A DNA stretch of 64,000 nucleotides from an uncultured Acidobacteriota bacterium (GCA_963815655.1 CAWFHK010000001.1:3930664-3994663), one strand, 5' to 3'; counted from the stretch's first letter, positions 46,545-57,482 are shown. The notes: generated by a model from the sequence alone, not told the origin. Numbers and translations are program-made.

Positions 46545-47546
46545 CTACCCGGTGAGGTTCCAGGCGAGGAGGCGAAACATGTCGCCGGGGTGCTTCGGGA
46601 GCTCCTTGACGACGGAAGCCTCGAACCCGGAGTGCATCGCGCAGTTGGCGCAGAGGGGGTCCTCGCGCGACTCCCAGTAGTCCCAGTCGGTGCCGCCCCA
46701 GAACTCGTCCCACGAGTGCGTGTACGTTTTTCCGATCAGGTAGCAAGGGCCCTTCCAGCCGTTGGGCGTGAAGGTGACGGTGCTCCAGGGGGAGCACTTG
46801 TACTCGCGCAGCCCCGCCGCGAACTCGAGGAACATCGGCGTCGAGGTCAACTTGTACTTCTTGGAGATCTCCAGCACCCGCCGGAACTTCTTCTGGATCT
46901 CCGATTTCGTCAGGAACATGTCGCGCTCGACCGACTCGTAGTGATAGCCGGGCGAGACGAGGAGCCCCTCGACCCCCAGGCCCGTCAGGAGCTCGCAGAC
47001 CTGCTCGACCTCCGAGACGTCGGTTTCCTTGAAGATCGTCATGTTGGCCATGACGTGATGGCGCAAGCGAACGCCCTCGCGGATCATCTCGACGGCCGTG
47101 TCGAAGACGCCGTCGCGGGCGCAGACCTTGTCGTGGGTTTCCCGCATGCCGTCCAGGTGGACGTTGATCATCAGGCGGCGGTCGGGAGGGATGACGCCGT
47201 ACACCTTCTGGTCGAGGAGAAGCCCGTTGGTGCAGAGGTAGATGTGGCGCTTCCTGCGGATGATCTCGGAGACGAGCGCGGGCAGTTCCGGGTAGATCGT
47301 CGGCTCGCCGCCGCAGATCGAGACGATCGGAGCCTTCGAGGTCTCGACCGCCTCGAGGCACTTCTCGATCGGGAGGCGGTCCTGGAGCTTCCCCGTGTGC
47401 CGCTCGATCGCGCACCCCAGGCAGGCGAGGTTGCAGGTGTAGAGGGGCTCGAGCATCAGGACGAACGGGTAGCGCTTGTTGCCCGCGAGGGCGTTGACGA
47501 TCTGGTGCCGGACCGTGCCGGTCGTGATGTGCAGCGGGAACCTCAT
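46545..47546 (-). CDS. hpnH: adenosylhopane-forming radical SAM enzyme
   Basis: Radical SAM CxxxCxxC (CNLACLGC). Strong HpnH-like conserved blocks. The ATG overlaps the shc stop (ATGA). Confidence 0.85.
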   Translation of the reverse strand: MRFPLHITTGTVRHQIVNALAGNKRYPFVLMLEPLYTCNLACLGCAIERHTGKLQDRLPIEKCLEAVETSKAPIVSICGGEPTIYPELPALVSEIIRRKRHIYLCTNGLLLDQKVYGVIPPDRRLMINVHLDGMRETHDKVCARDGVFDTAVEMIREGVRLRHHVMANMTIFKETDVSEVEQVCELLTGLGVEGLLVSPGYHYESVERDMFLTKSEIQKKFRRVLEISKKYKLTSTPMFLEFAAGLREYKCSPWSTVTFTPNGWKGPCYLIGKTYTHSWDEFWGGTDWDYWESREDPLCANCAMHSGFEASVVKELPKHPGDMFRLLAWNLTG

Positions 47547-49548
47547 CGGCTCGATTCTCCTTCGCTCGTCCTCGTGTCGGCCGTGGCTTCCAGGGCCTTC
47601 CGATCGGCGGCCTCGAGTCCGGGGCCGGAAGACCCGGCCTCCCGTCCATAGACCGCGAGGGCCCAGAGCGGGAAGTACGTCGCGTAGAGATGGTAGCGCA
47701 GGTAGAAGACCCGCGGGAACCCCGTCCCGGTCCAGTATTCGTCCTTCCAGGAGCCGTCGTACTGCTGGTTTCCCAGCAGGTAGTCGAGGCCGCGGCGAAC
47801 GCTGTTGGAAGTCCAGTCGCCCAACGCGAAGAGTCCAAGCAACGCCCATGCCGTCTGGGAGGGGGTGCTCGGCCCGGTGCCTTTGCGCCCCGGCTCGTCG
47901 TAGGAGCGCGGGAGCTCTCCCCATCCGCCGTCCTCGTTCTGGTGGCGGCGCAGCCAGCTCCCCCCCGCTGATACCGTTCCTGGGAGAGGTCCTCGCCGGC
48001 GCTCGCGAGTCCCCTCAGGGCGAGCCACGTCCCGTAGATGAAGTTGCACCCCCACCGCCCATACCAGGTTCCTTCGGTGTCCTGCCTGCGGTTCAGATAC
48101 GCGACGGCGCGCCGGACCGCCTTGACGCCGCGCCCGACGCCGATCCGGTCGAGCGCCTCGAGCGTGCGCCCGGTGATGTCCTCGCAGCTCGGGTCGATCA
48201 TGGCGTTGTGGTCCGCGAACGGGATGAACGTCAGCACCTCGTTGTCGCAGTCGCGGTCGAAGGCGGGCCAGCCGCCGTCGCCGTTCTGCATCGCGAGCTG
48301 CCAGGTCACGCCGCGCTCGATCGCCCCCTGCCGGCGCCGCTCGTCGCGCTCGTCGGGAAAACGCACGGCGGCCAGAGACGTCAGCACTTCCGCCGTGTCG
48401 TCGGTATCGGGATAGAACTCGTTCTCGTACTCGAAGTACCAGCCGCCGGGGGGCGTCTTCGGGATCCGCCGCTGCCAGTCCCCGGGCACGCGGACTTCGC
48501 GGTCGAGCAGCCAGCCCGCCGCGCGCAGCAGGCACGGATCGTCTTCCGGGACGCCCGCCTCCCGCAGCGCGACCACCGCGAGCGCCGTGTCCCAGACCGG
48601 GGGGAAGCAGGGCTGCAGGCGAATCGTCTCTTCCTCCTCGATCTCCAGCTTCTGCAGCTCTTCGACCTGGCTCTTCACCGTCGGGTGATCGGCCGCGTAG
48701 CCGCGGCAGCGCAGCGCGAGGATCGTGTTGACGATCGGAGGGAAGATCGCTCCGAGCCCGTCGCTCCTCTCGAGACGCTCGAGGACCCACGCCTCGGCCC
48801 GTGCCAGCGCCCGCCTGCGCAGGGGAGTCCAGCGCCGGGACTCCAGCTCGTGGAGGAACCGGTCCACCCCGCCGAAGAAGGCTCCCCAGAACCGCGCGCG
48901 CAGGCTCCGCGCCCGCCGCTTCGGCTGCGCCGCGCCCTCCGGCGTCCGGAGCTCGGTGAGAGACGCGCTCTCCGGGACGGGACAGCTCGGGCGATATGCC
49001 GAGATGATCGAGAGGGGCACCACGATCGCGCGGGACCAGGAGGACATCCGATAGATCGAGAACGGCATCCAGTCCGGCAGCAGGACGAGCTCCGCCGGGA
49101 CGGTCGGGCATCTCTCCCAATCGTATTGTCCGAAGATCGAGAGATAAATCTTCGTGAAGGAGTTGCACGCGTCCAGCCCGCCATGCTCGCGGATGACGCG
49201 CCGCGCCTTCGCCATGTGCGGGGCTTCGGGGTCGTCGCCGACGAGCTTCAAGGCGAAGTAGGCCTTCGTCGAGGCGCTCACCTCCGCCGGGCCTCCCGGG
49301 TAGACCGCCCAGCCCCCCGACGGGAGCTGCTGGCGCCGCAGGTACTCGGCCGCCTTCCGGATCCGGTCCTCCCCGGTGCGCCCGAGGAAATGCATCGTCA
49401 GCATGTACTCGGACTCGAGGATCGTGTCCCCCTCGAGCTCGCCGCACCAGTGGCCGTCCTCGCGCTGGATGGAGAGGAGGTACCGGCGGGCCGCCGCCGC
49501 GGCGTCGTCCACCCCGAGTGCGGGTTCCACGTCTTTCTCGACCGACAT
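47543..49548 (-). CDS. shc: squalene-hopene cyclase, reading frame interrupted at a G7/C7 homopolymer (47960-47966)
   Basis: The N-terminal ~530 aa (frame A) carry the QW motifs and DxDDTA (DTDDTAEV). The C-terminal ~140 aa (GGWGE...TGTGFPRVFYLRYHLY...) lie in a second frame. One extra G in the run would restore ...SQERYQRGGSWLRRHQNEDGGWGE.... Confidence 0.8.
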
Positions 49549-49714
49549 GATTCGCTTGCCGGGGCCGTTGCCTGTCACCGACGGCCCCACTGCTTCCCTC
49601 CGTTTTGCCGGGAGTGTAATCCCTCCGACCCGGACACCCGCAAACCGATTTCGGGAGTATACGGTCCCGGACCGGGAGGCGATTCAAGGAGAGCCGATCG
49701 CGGATAATGCCGTC

Positions 49715-52700
49715 GTGACGAGCGCGGCGGAAGAGGCGGCGGCGAGGGAGCGGTCCGAGGCCCTGTCCGAGATCCTCGCCGAGCGGATCCTCGTGCTGGA
49801 CGGCGCCACGGGGACCTGGCTCCAGGAGGAGAACCTGACGGCGGCGGACTTCGGCGGCGAGGCGTACGAGGGGTGCAACGAGCACCTGGTGCTGACCCGG
49901 CCCGACGTCGTCCTGCGGATGCACGGGAGCTACCTCGAGGCCGGGGCCGACATGGTCGAGACCGACACCTTCGGAGGGACGCCTCTCGTCCTGGCCGAGT
50001 ACGGCCTGGCGGAAAAAGCCTTCGAGATCAACGCGCGGGCGGCGCGCCTGGCCCGCCAGGCCGCGGCGAAGTTTTCCACGCCCGAGCGCCCGCGGTTCGT
50101 CGCGGGCTCGATGGGGCCGACGACGCGGTCGGTGACCGTCACGGGGGGCGTCACGTTCGACGAGCTCACCGGGCATTACAGGACGCAGGCGGCGGGGCTC
50201 CTCGCGGGAGGCGCGGACGTGCTGCTGCTCGAGACGACGCAGGATACGCGCAACCTGAAGGCCGGCCTGATCGGAGTCCAGGAGGCGTTCGGCGAGGCCG
50301 GCTGGAGCGTCCCGGTCATGGCCTCGGTGACGATCGAGCCGATGGGGACGATGCTCGCCGGGCAGGCGATCGACGCCCTCTACGCCTCGATCATGCACGC
50401 TCCGCTCCTCAGCGTGGGGTTGAACTGCGCAACGGGGCCGGAGTTCATGGCGGACCACCTCCGCACGCTCTCGGGGCTCGCGAAGACGCTCGTCTCGTGC
50501 TATCCCAACGCCGGACTGCCCGACCCCGACGGCCGTTACCCGGAGACGCCGGAGCGGATCGCGGCGCATCTCACGCGCTTCATGGAGGAGGGGCTCGTCA
50601 ACATCGTCGGCGGCTGCTGCGGGACGACCCCGGCCCACATCCGCGCGCTCGCGGCGGCGGCGCGGGGGAAGAGGCCGCGCCGCGTGCCGATCCACAACAA
50701 GTCGCTCGTCTCGGGCGTCGAGATGCTCGAGATCAACGAGGACAACCGGCCGGTGCTCGTCGGGGAGCGCACGAACGTGCTCGGCAGCCGCAAGTTCAAG
50801 CGGCTCGTCGCGGAGGGGAAGTTCGAGGCGGCCGCGGAGATCGCCCGGGCGCAGGTCAAGGGGGGCGGCCAGGTCATCGATGTCTGCCTCCAGGACCCGG
50901 ACCGCGACGAGGCCGCGGACGCGGACGCGTTCCTCGAGCGCGCCACGAAGATGGTCAAGGTGCCGCTGATGCTCGACTCGACGGACTGGCGCGTCATGGA
51001 GCTCGGCCTGAAGTGGAGCCAGGGGAAATCGATCCTGAACTCCATCAACCTCGAGGACGGGGAGGAGCGGTTCCAGGCGGTCGTCCCGCTCGCGCAGAAG
51101 TACGGCGCGGCCCTGATCGTCGGCACGATCGACGAGGACCCGGAGACCGGGATGGGCGTCACGCGCGAGCGGAAGCTTGCGATCGCCCGCAGGTCCTACA
51201 CGCTCCTGACCGAGAAGTACGGCGTGGCGCCGGAGGACATCATCTTCGACCCTCTCGTCTTCCCGTGCGGGACGGGAGACGAGAAGTACGTCGGGAGCGC
51301 CGTCGAGACGATCGAGGGGATCCGGGCGATCAAGGCGGCGTTCCCCGAATCGCGCACGATCCTCGGGATCTCCAACGTCAGCTTCGGGCTGCCGGAGTCG
51401 GGGCGCGAGGTCCTGAACTCCGTCTTCCTCTATCACTGCGTGAAGGCGGGGCTCGATCTCGCGATCGTCAACTCCGAGAAAGTGATGCGGTATCCATCGA
51501 TCCCCGAGGAGGAGCGGCGGCTGGCCGAGGACCTGCTCTCCAACCGCGGCGAGGACCCGGTCGGGGCCTTCGCGACCCACTTCAAGGCGAAGGGCGCGGC
51601 GCCGAAGAAGCCGGCGGAGCGCGCCGGCACGCCGCTCGAGCGCCTGCCGCGCTACATCCTGGAAGGTTCAAAGGAGGGTCTGCTCGACGACCTCGAGGCC
51701 GTGCGCGGAGGCGGCATGGCCCCGCTCGACATCATCAACGGCCCGCTCATGGATGGGATGCGGGAGGTCGGCCGCCTCTTCAACGCGAACGAGCTGATCG
51801 TGGCGGAAGTGCTGCAATCGGCGGAGGCCATGAAGGCGGCCGTCAGCCACCTCGAGAAGTTCATGGAGAAGAAGAGCGACTCGCGCAAGGGGAAGGTCCT
51901 CCTCGCGACCGTCAAGGGAGACGTTCACGACATCGGGAAGAACCTGGTCGAGATCATCCTCTCCAACAACGGCTACGAGGTCGTCAACCTCGGCATCAAG
52001 GTCCCGCCCGAGCGCCTGATCGAGGCGTACCGGGAGCACCGTCCGGACTTGATCGGCCTCTCCGGCCTTCTGGTCAAGAGCGCGCAGCAGATGGTCGCGA
52101 CGGCGCGGGACATGGCCGCGAGCGGCGTCGAGGCGCCGATGCTCGTGGGCGGCGCCGCGCTCTCGCAGAAGTTTACGGACCTGAAGATCGCTCCGGCCTA
52201 CGGCGGCCTCGCCGTCTACGCCCAGGACGCGATGCGCGGCCTCGCGCTCGCCGACCGGATCCTCTCGGGGAGAGAGGCGCGGACAGCGCTCGCCGCGGAA
52301 GCGGAGGAGCGGCGGCGCTCCTCGGTGGCCGCCGCCGTGGCGGAGACCGAGAACCCGCTCGCCGCGCCGGAGGTGCGCAGCGACAGCGTCCCGCTCGTCG
52401 CGCCGGTGGCCGCGCCGGATCTCGTCGAGCACGTTCTGCCCGACCTCGATCCCGAGGAGATCTGGCAGTACGTCAATCCCCACATGCTCTACGCAAAGCA
52501 CCTGGGCCTGCGGGGGAGCTACCGGAAACTGAAGGAAGCGGGGGACCCGAAGCTCGCGGAGCTGGAGGCGGTCGTCGAGCGCGTCCGGAGCGCCGGATGG
52601 ATCCGCCCGCGCGCCCTGTACCGCTACTTCGAGGCGTACTCGGAAGGCAACGGGCTTCACCTCGTCTGCGGAGAGAGGCCGGTCGCGCGCTTCGTCTTCC

Positions 52701-53179
52701 CGCGGCAGGCGATGGGGGAGCGGCTGTGCCTGGCCGACTTCGTCGCTCCGCCCTCGGGCGCCGGGAAGCCGGATTCGATCGCTCTCCTCATCACGACCGC
52801 CGGCGAGGGGGTCCGCGAGCGCGCCGAGGACCTGAAGGCCCGCGGCGAGTACCTCCTCTGCCACTGCCTGCAGGCGCTCGCCGTCGAGACCGCCGAGGCG
52901 GCCGCCGAGTGGGTCCACCGCGTCATCCGCGAGGGCTGGGGCTTCCCCGATCCTCCCGGCACGACGATGACCGACCGCTTCCAGGCCCGCTACCGCGGCA
53001 AACGCTACAGCCCCGGCTACCCCGCCTGCCCCGACCTCGCCGACCAGGCGACGATCTTCGGGCTCCTGCCCGGCGGCAAGATCGGCGTGGAGCTGACCGA
53101 GGGCTTCATGATGGACCCCGAGGCCTCCGTCTCCGCCCTCGTCGTCCACCACCCCCACGCTCGCTACTACGCCGTCTGA
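49715..53179 (+). CDS. metH: cobalamin-dependent methionine synthase
   Basis: Hcy-binding, pterin-binding, B12 cap and binding (DVHDIGKN), and AdoMet-reactivation domains all recognisable. The start is assigned to GTG at 49715 with a weak RBS and is uncertain. Confidence 0.85.
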   Translation: MTSAAEEAAARERSEALSEILAERILVLDGATGTWLQEENLTAADFGGEAYEGCNEHLVLTRPDVVLRMHGSYLEAGADMVETDTFGGTPLVLAEYGLAEKAFEINARAARLARQAAAKFSTPERPRFVAGSMGPTTRSVTVTGGVTFDELTGHYRTQAAGLLAGGADVLLLETTQDTRNLKAGLIGVQEAFGEAGWSVPVMASVTIEPMGTMLAGQAIDALYASIMHAPLLSVGLNCATGPEFMADHLRTLSGLAKTLVSCYPNAGLPDPDGRYPETPERIAAHLTRFMEEGLVNIVGGCCGTTPAHIRALAAAARGKRPRRVPIHNKSLVSGVEMLEINEDNRPVLVGERTNVLGSRKFKRLVAEGKFEAAAEIARAQVKGGGQVIDVCLQDPDRDEAADADAFLERATKMVKVPLMLDSTDWRVMELGLKWSQGKSILNSINLEDGEERFQAVVPLAQKYGAALIVGTIDEDPETGMGVTRERKLAIARRSYTLLTEKYGVAPEDIIFDPLVFPCGTGDEKYVGSAVETIEGIRAIKAAFPESRTILGISNVSFGLPESGREVLNSVFLYHCVKAGLDLAIVNSEKVMRYPSIPEEERRLAEDLLSNRGEDPVGAFATHFKAKGAAPKKPAERAGTPLERLPRYILEGSKEGLLDDLEAVRGGGMAPLDIINGPLMDGMREVGRLFNANELIVAEVLQSAEAMKAAVSHLEKFMEKKSDSRKGKVLLATVKGDVHDIGKNLVEIILSNNGYEVVNLGIKVPPERLIEAYREHRPDLIGLSGLLVKSAQQMVATARDMAASGVEAPMLVGGAALSQKFTDLKIAPAYGGLAVYAQDAMRGLALADRILSGREARTALAAEAEERRRSSVAAAVAETENPLAAPEVRSDSVPLVAPVAAPDLVEHVLPDLDPEEIWQYVNPHMLYAKHLGLRGSYRKLKEAGDPKLAELEAVVERVRSAGWIRPRALYRYFEAYSEGNGLHLVCGERPVARFVFPRQAMGERLCLADFVAPPSGAGKPDSIALLITTAGEGVRERAEDLKARGEYLLCHCLQALAVETAEAAAEWVHRVIREGWGFPDPPGTTMTDRFQARYRGKRYSPGYPACPDLADQATIFGLLPGGKIGVELTEGFMMDPEASVSALVVHHPHARYYAV

Positions 53180-53204
53180 GCATTCCCTCGTTGCGCGGAG
53201 AGAG

Positions 53205-53440
53205 GCCCTTCTCATTCTGAGGAGCGATTCCATTCCCCTGTCATTCTGAGGAGCCTCCTCGGCTTCGCATGTTCATTCCGAGCCCCTCGCCCTTCGCTGT
53301 CATCCCGAGCGGAGCGAGGGATCTGCTCTGCCCGATTCGAGTCGCCGCATCCGAGCTCGGGACAGGCTCCGCGAGGAATCTGCCCTCGTTACCGTGAACC
53401 CGCGACATCAATCATCGGGACAAGCTCCGACGAAGAACCG
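53205..53440. repeat. Hairpin-forming dispersed repeat locus 3
   Basis: TGTCATTCTGAGGAGCC...TGTCATCCCGAGCGGAGCGAGGGATCTGCTC...GGGACAGGCTCCGCGAGGAATCTGCC. Same family as loci 1 and 2. Downstream of metH. Confidence 0.8.
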
Positions 53441-53467
53441 GCCCCGCCTGCCGAGTCGCCGGCAGCC

Positions 53468-54889
53468 TCAGTGGAGGTGGGCGGTCGGGTCGCCGGGGGG
53501 CAGGGCTTCAAAAGCGGGGTGCTCCGGATTTCCGCGGGTCAGGATCATCGCGTAGAGGAAGGGGCCGAAGCTCGTCCCCTTCCGGCCGTTGACGGCCACG
53601 ATCGGCGTTCCGTCGGAGTCGAACAGGGCGGCCGTGGTGATGTCGTCCTCGAGCTTCAAGCTCGTCGCCGCGGAATCCATGCAGGCGGAGAGAGCCGGGC
53701 GGGGCAGGAAGGGCGCCGCGATCTGGAACATCTTCTCGCGGTTGAGGGTCTCCTGCGCGGCGAAGAGCGCCGCGGCAAACTGCGGCTCCTTGCCGGTCGG
53801 TTCCATGCAGATCCTCGCCTGCGCCGCGGCGCACCGCACGTCGTCCCCTTTTCTCTGCCCCACGAAGGGGTTGCAGCGCCCGTCGAGCGGGAACTGCCGC
53901 GCGTCCACGCTGAAGCTGCCGGGCGGCGAGCTTTCGCGCAGCGTCCGCAGGGTCTCCTGGAGCGCGGCGCAGTGCTCGCAGAGGATGTCGGTGAACTCGG
54001 TGATCCGCACGGTCGCCAGGTCCGATCCGGCCAGGGCGCGCGGCGGCGGCAGCCGCTGCGGCGGCGCCGCGCGGTAGATGGCCAGCGAGTCGGCGAGGGT
54101 CTGCTTGAGGGGAGGCTCGAGCGAGGCGATCATGTCCGCGAGGACCTTGTCGGTCTGGGCGTTGCCCGTGCCGGCGGCCGGCGGCGAGGCGCCCCCGGAC
54201 CGGGCCGCCTCCGACACGGCCTTCCTGCCCGCCTCGCCGCTCGATTTCGGCGTGCGCAGCCCCGGATAGAGGAGGAGGACGAAGGCTCCGAGGGAGACTC
54301 CGGCCGCGAGCAGGAACCCGCGCCGAGCCTGCGGGAATCCCGCGGGGCGCCACTGCAGGAGAGTGATGAACCCGTAGGCCGCCACGATCACGTACGTCAC
54401 AGCGCACCCGAGGCAGAAGGCGCCGGCGATCGCGCTTGCGGCGAGCATCAGCGCCACGGCCAGGATCCCGGCGAGGCCGACGAACCGGGTCGCGGCCGGG
54501 AGCGGCGCCAGCGTCTTCCCTTCCGCGCGGCGCACCAGCGCGGCGAGCGGCAGGAGAAACGCCGCCGCGCTCCAGGCGAGACCCCAGCCTGCGATCGGAA
54601 CGCCGGTCAGCCTGTGGACCGTCGAGGCGAGCGCCCCGGTCCAGACTGCCTCGCAATCGAGGTTGCCGCCGAAGCCGCAGAAAGAGCTGCCTCCCGATCG
54701 CACGAGCACGAGTTCCGCCCACAGAAAAAGCGACCAGAGCCCCGACAGCCCGCCGAGCACGCACAGCTTCGCCAGGCTGCGCGGTGTCACGACCGCCGCG
54801 GAGTCCGCCGGCACGACCGGGCGCTCCTTCGGCTCCGACCCTTCCTCTCTGCGCCGATCTTTCCGGGCCATCTCCCGGGATTCTGACAT
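53468..54889 (-). CDS. VKOR (vitamin K epoxide reductase)-like membrane domain fused to periplasmic DsbA/thioredoxin-like domain
   Basis: 5 TM helices with a loop CxxC (CGFGGNLDC) and a TM CxxC (CLGC). C-terminal thioredoxin-fold CxxC (ILCEHC). Confidence 0.7.
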   Translation of the reverse strand: MSESREMARKDRRREEGSEPKERPVVPADSAAVVTPRSLAKLCVLGGLSGLWSLFLWAELVLVRSGGSSFCGFGGNLDCEAVWTGALASTVHRLTGVPIAGWGLAWSAAAFLLPLAALVRRAEGKTLAPLPAATRFVGLAGILAVALMLAASAIAGAFCLGCAVTYVIVAAYGFITLLQWRPAGFPQARRGFLLAAGVSLGAFVLLLYPGLRTPKSSGEAGRKAVSEAARSGGASPPAAGTGNAQTDKVLADMIASLEPPLKQTLADSLAIYRAAPPQRLPPPRALAGSDLATVRITEFTDILCEHCAALQETLRTLRESSPPGSFSVDARQFPLDGRCNPFVGQRKGDDVRCAAAQARICMEPTGKEPQFAAALFAAQETLNREKMFQIAAPFLPRPALSACMDSAATSLKLEDDITTAALFDSDGTPIVAVNGRKGTSFGPFLYAMILTRGNPEHPAFEALPPGDPTAHLH

Positions 54890-54959
54890 GGCGGCGTCGG
54901 AGGCCGCCGGACTGCAACTTTCCGGCGGCCTGACGTTTTCTAGTGGGCGACGCTCTTTA

Positions 54960-54999
54960 TTCTGTTGACGATTATTCTAAGAATAGTTAAGTTATTTGA
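54960..54999 (+). promoter_or_regulatory. AT-rich divergent promoter region with 13-bp perfect palindrome TATTCTAAGAATA (54973-54985) and TTGACG -35-like hexamer
   Basis: The only strongly AT-rich stretch in the window. It lies immediately upstream of the Lrp/AsnC regulator gene. Confidence 0.5.
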
Positions 55000-55488
55000 A
55001 TGATCAACGGTACAGATAGAAAAATACTAGAGATTCTTCAGAAGAACGCTCGAACCTCAAATGCCGAGATCGCCCGAACCGTGGGCATGGTGCCCTCGGC
55101 GGTTTTCGAGAGGATCCGCAAGCTCGAAGAGAGGGGGACGGTTCGGGGCTATCACGCCGGGGTCGACCCGAAGGCGGTCGAGCTCGGACAGCTCGCGTTC
55201 ATGTTCATCCGCTCGAACGACCGTCCGGGAGCGGCGGGCACGGCGGCTCAGCTCTCAGAGATCCCGGAGATCCTCGAATTGCACCACGTCGCGGGGGAGG
55301 ACTGCTTCCTGGCGAAGGTCCGCGTGCGCGACGCCGAGGCTCTCGGCCGGCTCCTGCGCGAGCGGCTGAGCCGGATCGAGACGATCACTTCGACCCGGAC
55401 GACGATGGTCCTCGAAACCGTCAAGGAGACCGTCGAGCTTCCGCTCGAGGCGGCGGAGTCGGAAGGCGAGGAAGCGGCCAGTGCGTGA
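55000..55488 (+). CDS. Lrp/AsnC-family transcriptional regulator
   Basis: N-terminal HTH (DRKILEILQKNARTSNAEIARTVGMVPSAVFERIRKLEE) and C-terminal RAM domain. Confidence 0.85.
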   Translation: MINGTDRKILEILQKNARTSNAEIARTVGMVPSAVFERIRKLEERGTVRGYHAGVDPKAVELGQLAFMFIRSNDRPGAAGTAAQLSEIPEILELHHVAGEDCFLAKVRVRDAEALGRLLRERLSRIETITSTRTTMVLETVKETVELPLEAAESEGEEAASA

Positions 55489-56428
55489 CGTCGAGGCCGG
55501 GATCGCGCCCCGCCAGGCGAAGCTCGTCGCGGCGTTCGCGGCGGTGTACGTCCTTTGGGGCTCGACGTATCTCGCGATCCGGTTCGGCGTCGAGACGATC
55601 CCGCCGTTCCTGATGGCGGGAACGCGGCATCTGAGCGCCGGGCTGCTCCTCTTCCTCTGGACGCGGCTGCGCGGCGAGCCGCGCCCGGATCGGCGCCACT
55701 GGGCAACGGCGTTCTTCCTCGGCGGATTGATGCTCCTGGGGGGCAACGGTCTCGTGACCTGGGCCGAGCGGCGGGTGCCTTCCGGGCTCGCCGCGCTCAT
55801 CGTGGCATCGGTGCCGCTCTGGATGGCTCTGCTCGACGGCATCCACCGGCGCGCTCGCCCGCGGGCGCACGTGGTTGCCGGGCTGCTCATCGGCCTGGCG
55901 GGAATCCTGCTGCTCGTCGCGCCGGGGCGCTTCGCGGGCAACGGGCGGGTGGACCCGCTCGGCGCCGGCGCGCTCCTGCTGGCGGCTCTCTGCTGGACGG
56001 CCGGCTCTCTCTTCTCCCGCCATGCGCGGCTGCCCGAATCGGTGCTGACCGCGACGGCGATGCAGATGATCGGCGGAGGAGTCCTCCTCTGGCTCGTCGG
56101 GCTTGGCATCGGCGAAGGGTCGCGGCTCGACCTCGCCGCCGTGTCGCCGCGCTCGATCCTCTCGCTCGGATATCTCATCGTCTTCGGATCGCTCCTCGGC
56201 TTCTCCGCCTATGTCTGGCTCCTTCGGGCGACGACGCCCGCGCGGGTCTCGACCTACGCCTACGTCAACCCCGTGGTGGCGGTCTTTCTGGGATGGGCGT
56301 TTGCCGGCGAGGCGGTGACGCTCCGCGTCGCGCTGGCGGCCATCGCGATCGTCGCTTCCGTGGCGCTTATCATCCGCTACGGCGGCGCGCGGGCGAAGCC
56401 GGAGAACCGAAAGGAGGCTGCGGCATGA
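55481..56428 (+). CDS. EamA/DMT-family transporter
   Basis: 10 TM helices with two EamA repeats. Alternative (GTG) start overlapping the Lrp gene end. Confidence 0.8.
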   Translation: MRDVEAGIAPRQAKLVAAFAAVYVLWGSTYLAIRFGVETIPPFLMAGTRHLSAGLLLFLWTRLRGEPRPDRRHWATAFFLGGLMLLGGNGLVTWAERRVPSGLAALIVASVPLWMALLDGIHRRARPRAHVVAGLLIGLAGILLLVAPGRFAGNGRVDPLGAGALLLAALCWTAGSLFSRHARLPESVLTATAMQMIGGGVLLWLVGLGIGEGSRLDLAAVSPRSILSLGYLIVFGSLLGFSAYVWLLRATTPARVSTYAYVNPVVAVFLGWAFAGEAVTLRVALAAIAIVASVALIIRYGGARAKPENRKEAAA

Positions 56429-56937
56429 CGAAGCGAAGAGTGGCACGGAAGGTCGGCGGGATCGCCGTACTCCTCCACGCCCTGGACGAGGCCTACGACA
56501 ATCAGGCGTGGCACGGGACGGCGCTCAAGGGATCGCACCGCGGCGTGACGGCGCGGCAGGCTTCGTGGCGGCCGTCGCCGGGGCGCCACAACATCCGGGA
56601 GCTGGTCGTGCACGCGGCGTACTGGAAGAACCTGGCGCGCCGGCGGCTGACGGGGGAAAAGAACAGGTCCTTCCCGATCGAAGGGAGCAACTGGTTCGTG
56701 CGGTCGGGCGCGGACGAGAAGGCGTGGCGCTCCGAGCGCGACCTCCTCGAGATCGAGCACCGGGCATTGCGCGCCGCCGTCGCGAAGCTGCGCTCGGCGA
56801 GCCTGGCGCGACCGCTCCCGGGGACCCGCGGGCGGACCGCGCTGCGGGAGGTCGCCGGGGCCGCGTTGCACGACGTCTACCATACGGGGCAGATCCAGCT
56901 CATCAAGGCCCTGCTCAGGCAGCGGCGCGTCCCCTGA
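56425..56937 (+). CDS. DinB-family (DinB/YfiT-like four-helix bundle) protein
   Basis: ATG with AAGGAGG RBS. His-containing metal-site motifs of the DinB fold (HAAYW, HDVYHTGQ). Confidence 0.65.
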   Translation: MTKRRVARKVGGIAVLLHALDEAYDNQAWHGTALKGSHRGVTARQASWRPSPGRHNIRELVVHAAYWKNLARRRLTGEKNRSFPIEGSNWFVRSGADEKAWRSERDLLEIEHRALRAAVAKLRSASLARPLPGTRGRTALREVAGAALHDVYHTGQIQLIKALLRQRRVP

Positions 56938-56951
56938 AAACAGGAGGGATC

Positions 56952-57482
56952 ATGGACCCGCGATACCCGATCGGGCCGTTCGTCAGGGAGAAGGAGCCCC
57001 TGAGCGCGGAGCAGCGCCGCCGCTTCCTCGCCGAGATCGCCGCCGCGCCCGGGAAGCTCCGCGAGGCGGTCGCCGGCCTGACGGCGGCGCAGCTCGACAC
57101 GCCCTACCGCCCGGAAGGCTGGACCGTGCGCCAGGTGGCGCATCACATTCCCGACAGCCACGTCAACGCGTACGTTCGATTCAAGCTCGCCCTGACGGAA
57201 GAAGAGCCGGAGCTGAAGGCGTACGAGGAATCGGAGTGGGCGAAGCTGCCCGACACGGCGGAGACGCCGGTCGAGGTGTCCGTGGCGCTGCTCGATGCCC
57301 TCCACCGCCGGTGGGTCGCGCTGCTCGGCGCGCTCGGCGAGAAGGACTTCCTCCGGACGGCGCGTCACCCGTCCTGGGGCATCGTCACGTTGGACTTCCT
57401 TCTCGCGCAGTACGCGTGGCACGGCCGGCATCATGTCGCGCACATCACCTCGCTACGGGAGAGGGAAGGCTGGACGGCTTGA
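56952..57482 (+). CDS. DinB_2/YfiT-like metal-dependent hydrolase/transferase
   Basis: ATG with AGGAGGG RBS. HxxxH / H..HH motifs (HHIPDSH, WHGRHHVAH). Confidence 0.65.
   Translation: MDPRYPIGPFVREKEPLSAEQRRRFLAEIAAAPGKLREAVAGLTAAQLDTPYRPEGWTVRQVAHHIPDSHVNAYVRFKLALTEEEPELKAYEESEWAKLPDTAETPVEVSVALLDALHRRWVALLGALGEKDFLRTARHPSWGIVTLDFLLAQYAWHGRHHVAHITSLREREGWTA

Noticed and set aside
49549-49714. Cobalamin or SAM riboswitch upstream of metH.
   Set aside because: No B12-box (consensus G-rich 'GCCACTG'-type core) or SAM-I/II conserved helices recognisable by eye. Regulation of metH by such riboswitches would be atypical anyway. An Infernal scan would be the decisive check.
47543-51580. 1345-aa minus ORF and the 49873-53220 (+) ORF overlapping metH.
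   Set aside because: Only the last ~140 codons of 47543-51580 are genuine (the shc C-terminus). The rest, and the + strand frame, are Arg-rich artefacts overlapping the well-supported metH frame.
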